A stretch of 64,000 nt of DNA, taken from the NCBI GenBank assembly GCA_013265495.1, contig MU061092.1, forward strand, positions 372,001 through 436,000, in the 5' to 3' direction. Positions 61,381 through 64,000 of the stretch are shown here, in pieces; the stretch's first letter is position 1, and every line of letters begins with the position of its first letter. This stretch comes from Vicugna vicugna (Eukaryota). The notes under the pieces are model-generated. The model did no database searches. It was given only the letters and a program-made list of their open reading frames with translations, and was not told the origin of the DNA. A program made the position numbers and the translations under genes.

Positions 61381-63594
61381 ATGGGGGGGGCAGAGTGCGT
61401 TTCACTCATGTGAGTCTCATTTTCATCAGGGCTTTTCAGTCCACGTCCCTCAAGTGCGATGCAAGATTAGGGTCAAACGCATCAACAGTGACAGATTTTG
61501 TTGGGGGGAAAAGGAAACTTAATTATAAAGTAAGTGTTCTGGTCAGTTGATAGTGACCATGTCTAATAAGGAAAAGTAAAAAATTACAGGAGAAATGTGT
61601 CATGTTCTTATTTACTTTGCAAAGTGAAGGTCGGGGGTGCAGAGAAGACATGGGTGGTGGGGAGATCACCGAGTGCCACTTGTGTGGCACTGTCCCTGCC
61701 ACTCCGTCTACACCTAAACACGGCACGTGCCTTTCACACAGCGACCGTCTGTCCACAGTGAAGGGAACCGTGGCTGTAAGGCTGCTCTCTTCCGTGCAGC
61801 GTGGCAGCTGCGATGACGTCACTGAAAAAGCTCAGAGGAAGGTGTGGGCTCTGCCAACCCTTGAGTGACAGCTGGTTCGGTCGGACAGTCACTGGGCTCC
61901 TGGGGGCTTTGAAGGGGGATATGGGCTACGTCTAACTGTCATCCGAGGGGGTCACTGATCGCCTGGCTCCCTCGTCCGCACAGGGCCATCTGTCCGTGTG
62001 TTTCCGGCAACAAGCTGGGGCCACGGGACATGTGTCTGCGAATTCCACGAGCTCTCTCTTACTTGTCTGAGGATCAGTTATGAATTGAAAACCAAATCTG
62101 TGTCGATAAGTTGTGGTTGTGGAGAGAGGCTGGGGCTGCCCGCTGTGGAACGCGCATCCGCCGGACGGGCGGGAGGCTGGTGGGGGACGCTTCCTCGTAT
62201 CCGGTGATGGCTGCATCTTACGCGGGCCAGGCAGTGATGAGTGATTCACCGTCTGACCCGCAAAGGAGAGCGCCTGTCCCCAGCAGTCCTGGAGGAAGGG
62301 GCCGAGGGGTGGCGAGCAGGGAGGAGAGGGTGGCGGATTGGACTCTGGCCAGAGAACTCAGTTGCCCATCAGAGAATGTTCTTGTGTTAGTGTGTTAAGA
62401 GCAGACATGTCAGCACAACTGGGATGTGGGTCACTGGGTCTGGGATGAATGCCCGTGAACACTCGCCACGCAGGACACAGAGCATCACCAGGTGTGCGCG
62501 AGCACGCCGGCCCGCCACACGCTGGCCAGCCCGCTCAGCTCTCGCTGCCGAGGCGACCCTCTTAGAGGCCCATCCGGCCCTGGAGCCCTTGCACCTGAAG
62601 TACGCAGTGGCCGCCTTCACTCCTCAGAGGAGGCCAAGCCTGACGTGATCCCCTCGCCCCTCGGGCTCAGGCCTGCCCGCCATCCGCTCCTCAGAGGGGC
62701 CTCTGCCTGGAAAGTCCCCTCTTCCACCCCCGCTGCCCCGACAGATCTCTCACCCCACCCCCTTTGCGTCATCACCGCTCCCTCTCGGCACAACCGCGGT
62801 CTTAGCAGTTTACAACACGTCCACTGGTTCCTGGCTCCCTGGAGATCGCAGGCTCCCAGAGGCCCGGCCACGCCTGTCTGCCTGTGGGCACACCCCAAGG
62901 TCCCCATGAGCACCTATGAAGGAAGAGCTAGGCCCCCGGCTGTGCGGTGGAGGCTGGTCTCTCCCACGCCCGCCCTGGGCGTCCTCCCCGAGGCTCCAGG
63001 CGTCCCTGCCCTCCCTGCCTGCTCCTTGTCCAGAGCTCAAACCAGCCCGTTTCCAACTGGGTCATCAGCTCCTCTAGTCAGATTTCTGTGCGTCAGAACC
63101 TTCCTCCTGCCTCCCTGACTCCCCGACCCGACCCGACCAGCAATCTTGGCTCCTTGTAAGCTGCCTCCTCCCCGTCTCCCTCTCCATCCAGGTCCCAGCT
63201 CCCCAGGCCTGGACTGCTCTTCTGTGTGTGCCTGACTTCACCCTTCATTGCCGGCCACCCAACCTCGCCTCAACCCTGAACACCAGCTTCCTTCAAACTC
63301 CGTTTCCACCATGCTGGTAAATGCTCAGGCACCTGCTGCCCCACATGGAGCCTGACCATGAATTTAAACCCCTCCTTTCAAAGCCAGCTCCTCTCTCTCC
63401 CGCCACGGTCCCTCTGCTCGTGACACAGCCCCCCTGGGCGTGCACTCGGGTCACCCCGGGCCCAGCCCCACCGCCCTGCGATGATCAGCCCGGACTTTCA
63501 GAAAGACATTTCTACTGTTCTTCGGGCCTGTGTTCCCTGTTTCACAGTGAACTGCGCTCTAATTCATTTACGATGTGTTAATTTTGTCTCTTCT

Positions 63595-63935
63595 TTCTTT
63601 TTAAACTTTGTTTTTATTACAGTAAAATAAATAAAACATAAAGTTTACCTTTGGACCATTTTAGTATTATTTTCTGGATCACTGTGAAGTGCACCTTCGG
63701 GTGGCACTAAGTATATTCATGTTGTACAGCTGTCACCGCCACGTCTATTTTCAAAATCTTTCATGACCCCAAACTGAAGTCTGTGCTCACTAAGCAGAAA
63801 CCCTCCGCTCCCCCTCCTCTGGCCCCTGGAAACCTCTAACCTACCTCTGCCTCTAGGATTTGCCTGTTCTAGACGTTTTCTCTCAGCGGAATCATATACT
63901 CTATGTCTGTCTGTGTCTGGTTGACCTCACATACC
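63595..63935 (-). mobile_element. L1MB-like 3' end
   Basis: GCACTAAGTATATTCATGTTGTACAGC, ATCTTTCATGACCCCAAACTGAA, GATTTGCCTGTTCTAGAC. Confidence 0.8.
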
Positions 63936-64000
63936 CCGGACGCAGGTGTGGAGGGAAGGTTTTGGGAAAAGGTACCTGACGCTCACTGTGTCTCAGCCAC

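Overview
Mammalian genomic DNA covering the middle of COL4A2 (collagen type IV alpha-2 chain) on the minus strand. I traced 25 consecutive GT-AG coding exons (exons 5-29 by human numbering, 2245 nt). They splice into one uninterrupted Gly-X-Y frame running from the 7S region ([13 protein letters not shown]...) to ...[10 protein letters not shown]. Bases 39649-64000 are the 3' part of the long intron 4. Exons 1-4 and the head-to-head COL4A1 should lie beyond the right edge, and exons 30 onward beyond the left edge. tRNA-Ala-derived SINEs of the vic-1 type point to a camelid. Introns contain young and old L1 fragments, MER5A, MIR and L2 relics, two GC-rich minisatellites and a 36-N assembly gap. 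I found no novel gene or new biological system. The leads most worth checking are: (i) old L1 relics rewritten AT-to-GC up to CpG-island-like density, suggesting GC-biased gene conversion; (ii) a 47-bp dimeric minisatellite tiled with NK-homeodomain and SMAD core motifs; (iii) a strong 5' splice site regenerated at the exon 23/24 junction; (iv) in-frame cryptic splice sites at exons 13 and 22; (v) an ETS+STAT consensus pair in intron 7. Repeat subfamily names and comparisons with human come from recalled consensus sequences, not database searches, and repeat boundaries are approximate. Motif-based regulatory ideas are hypotheses only.
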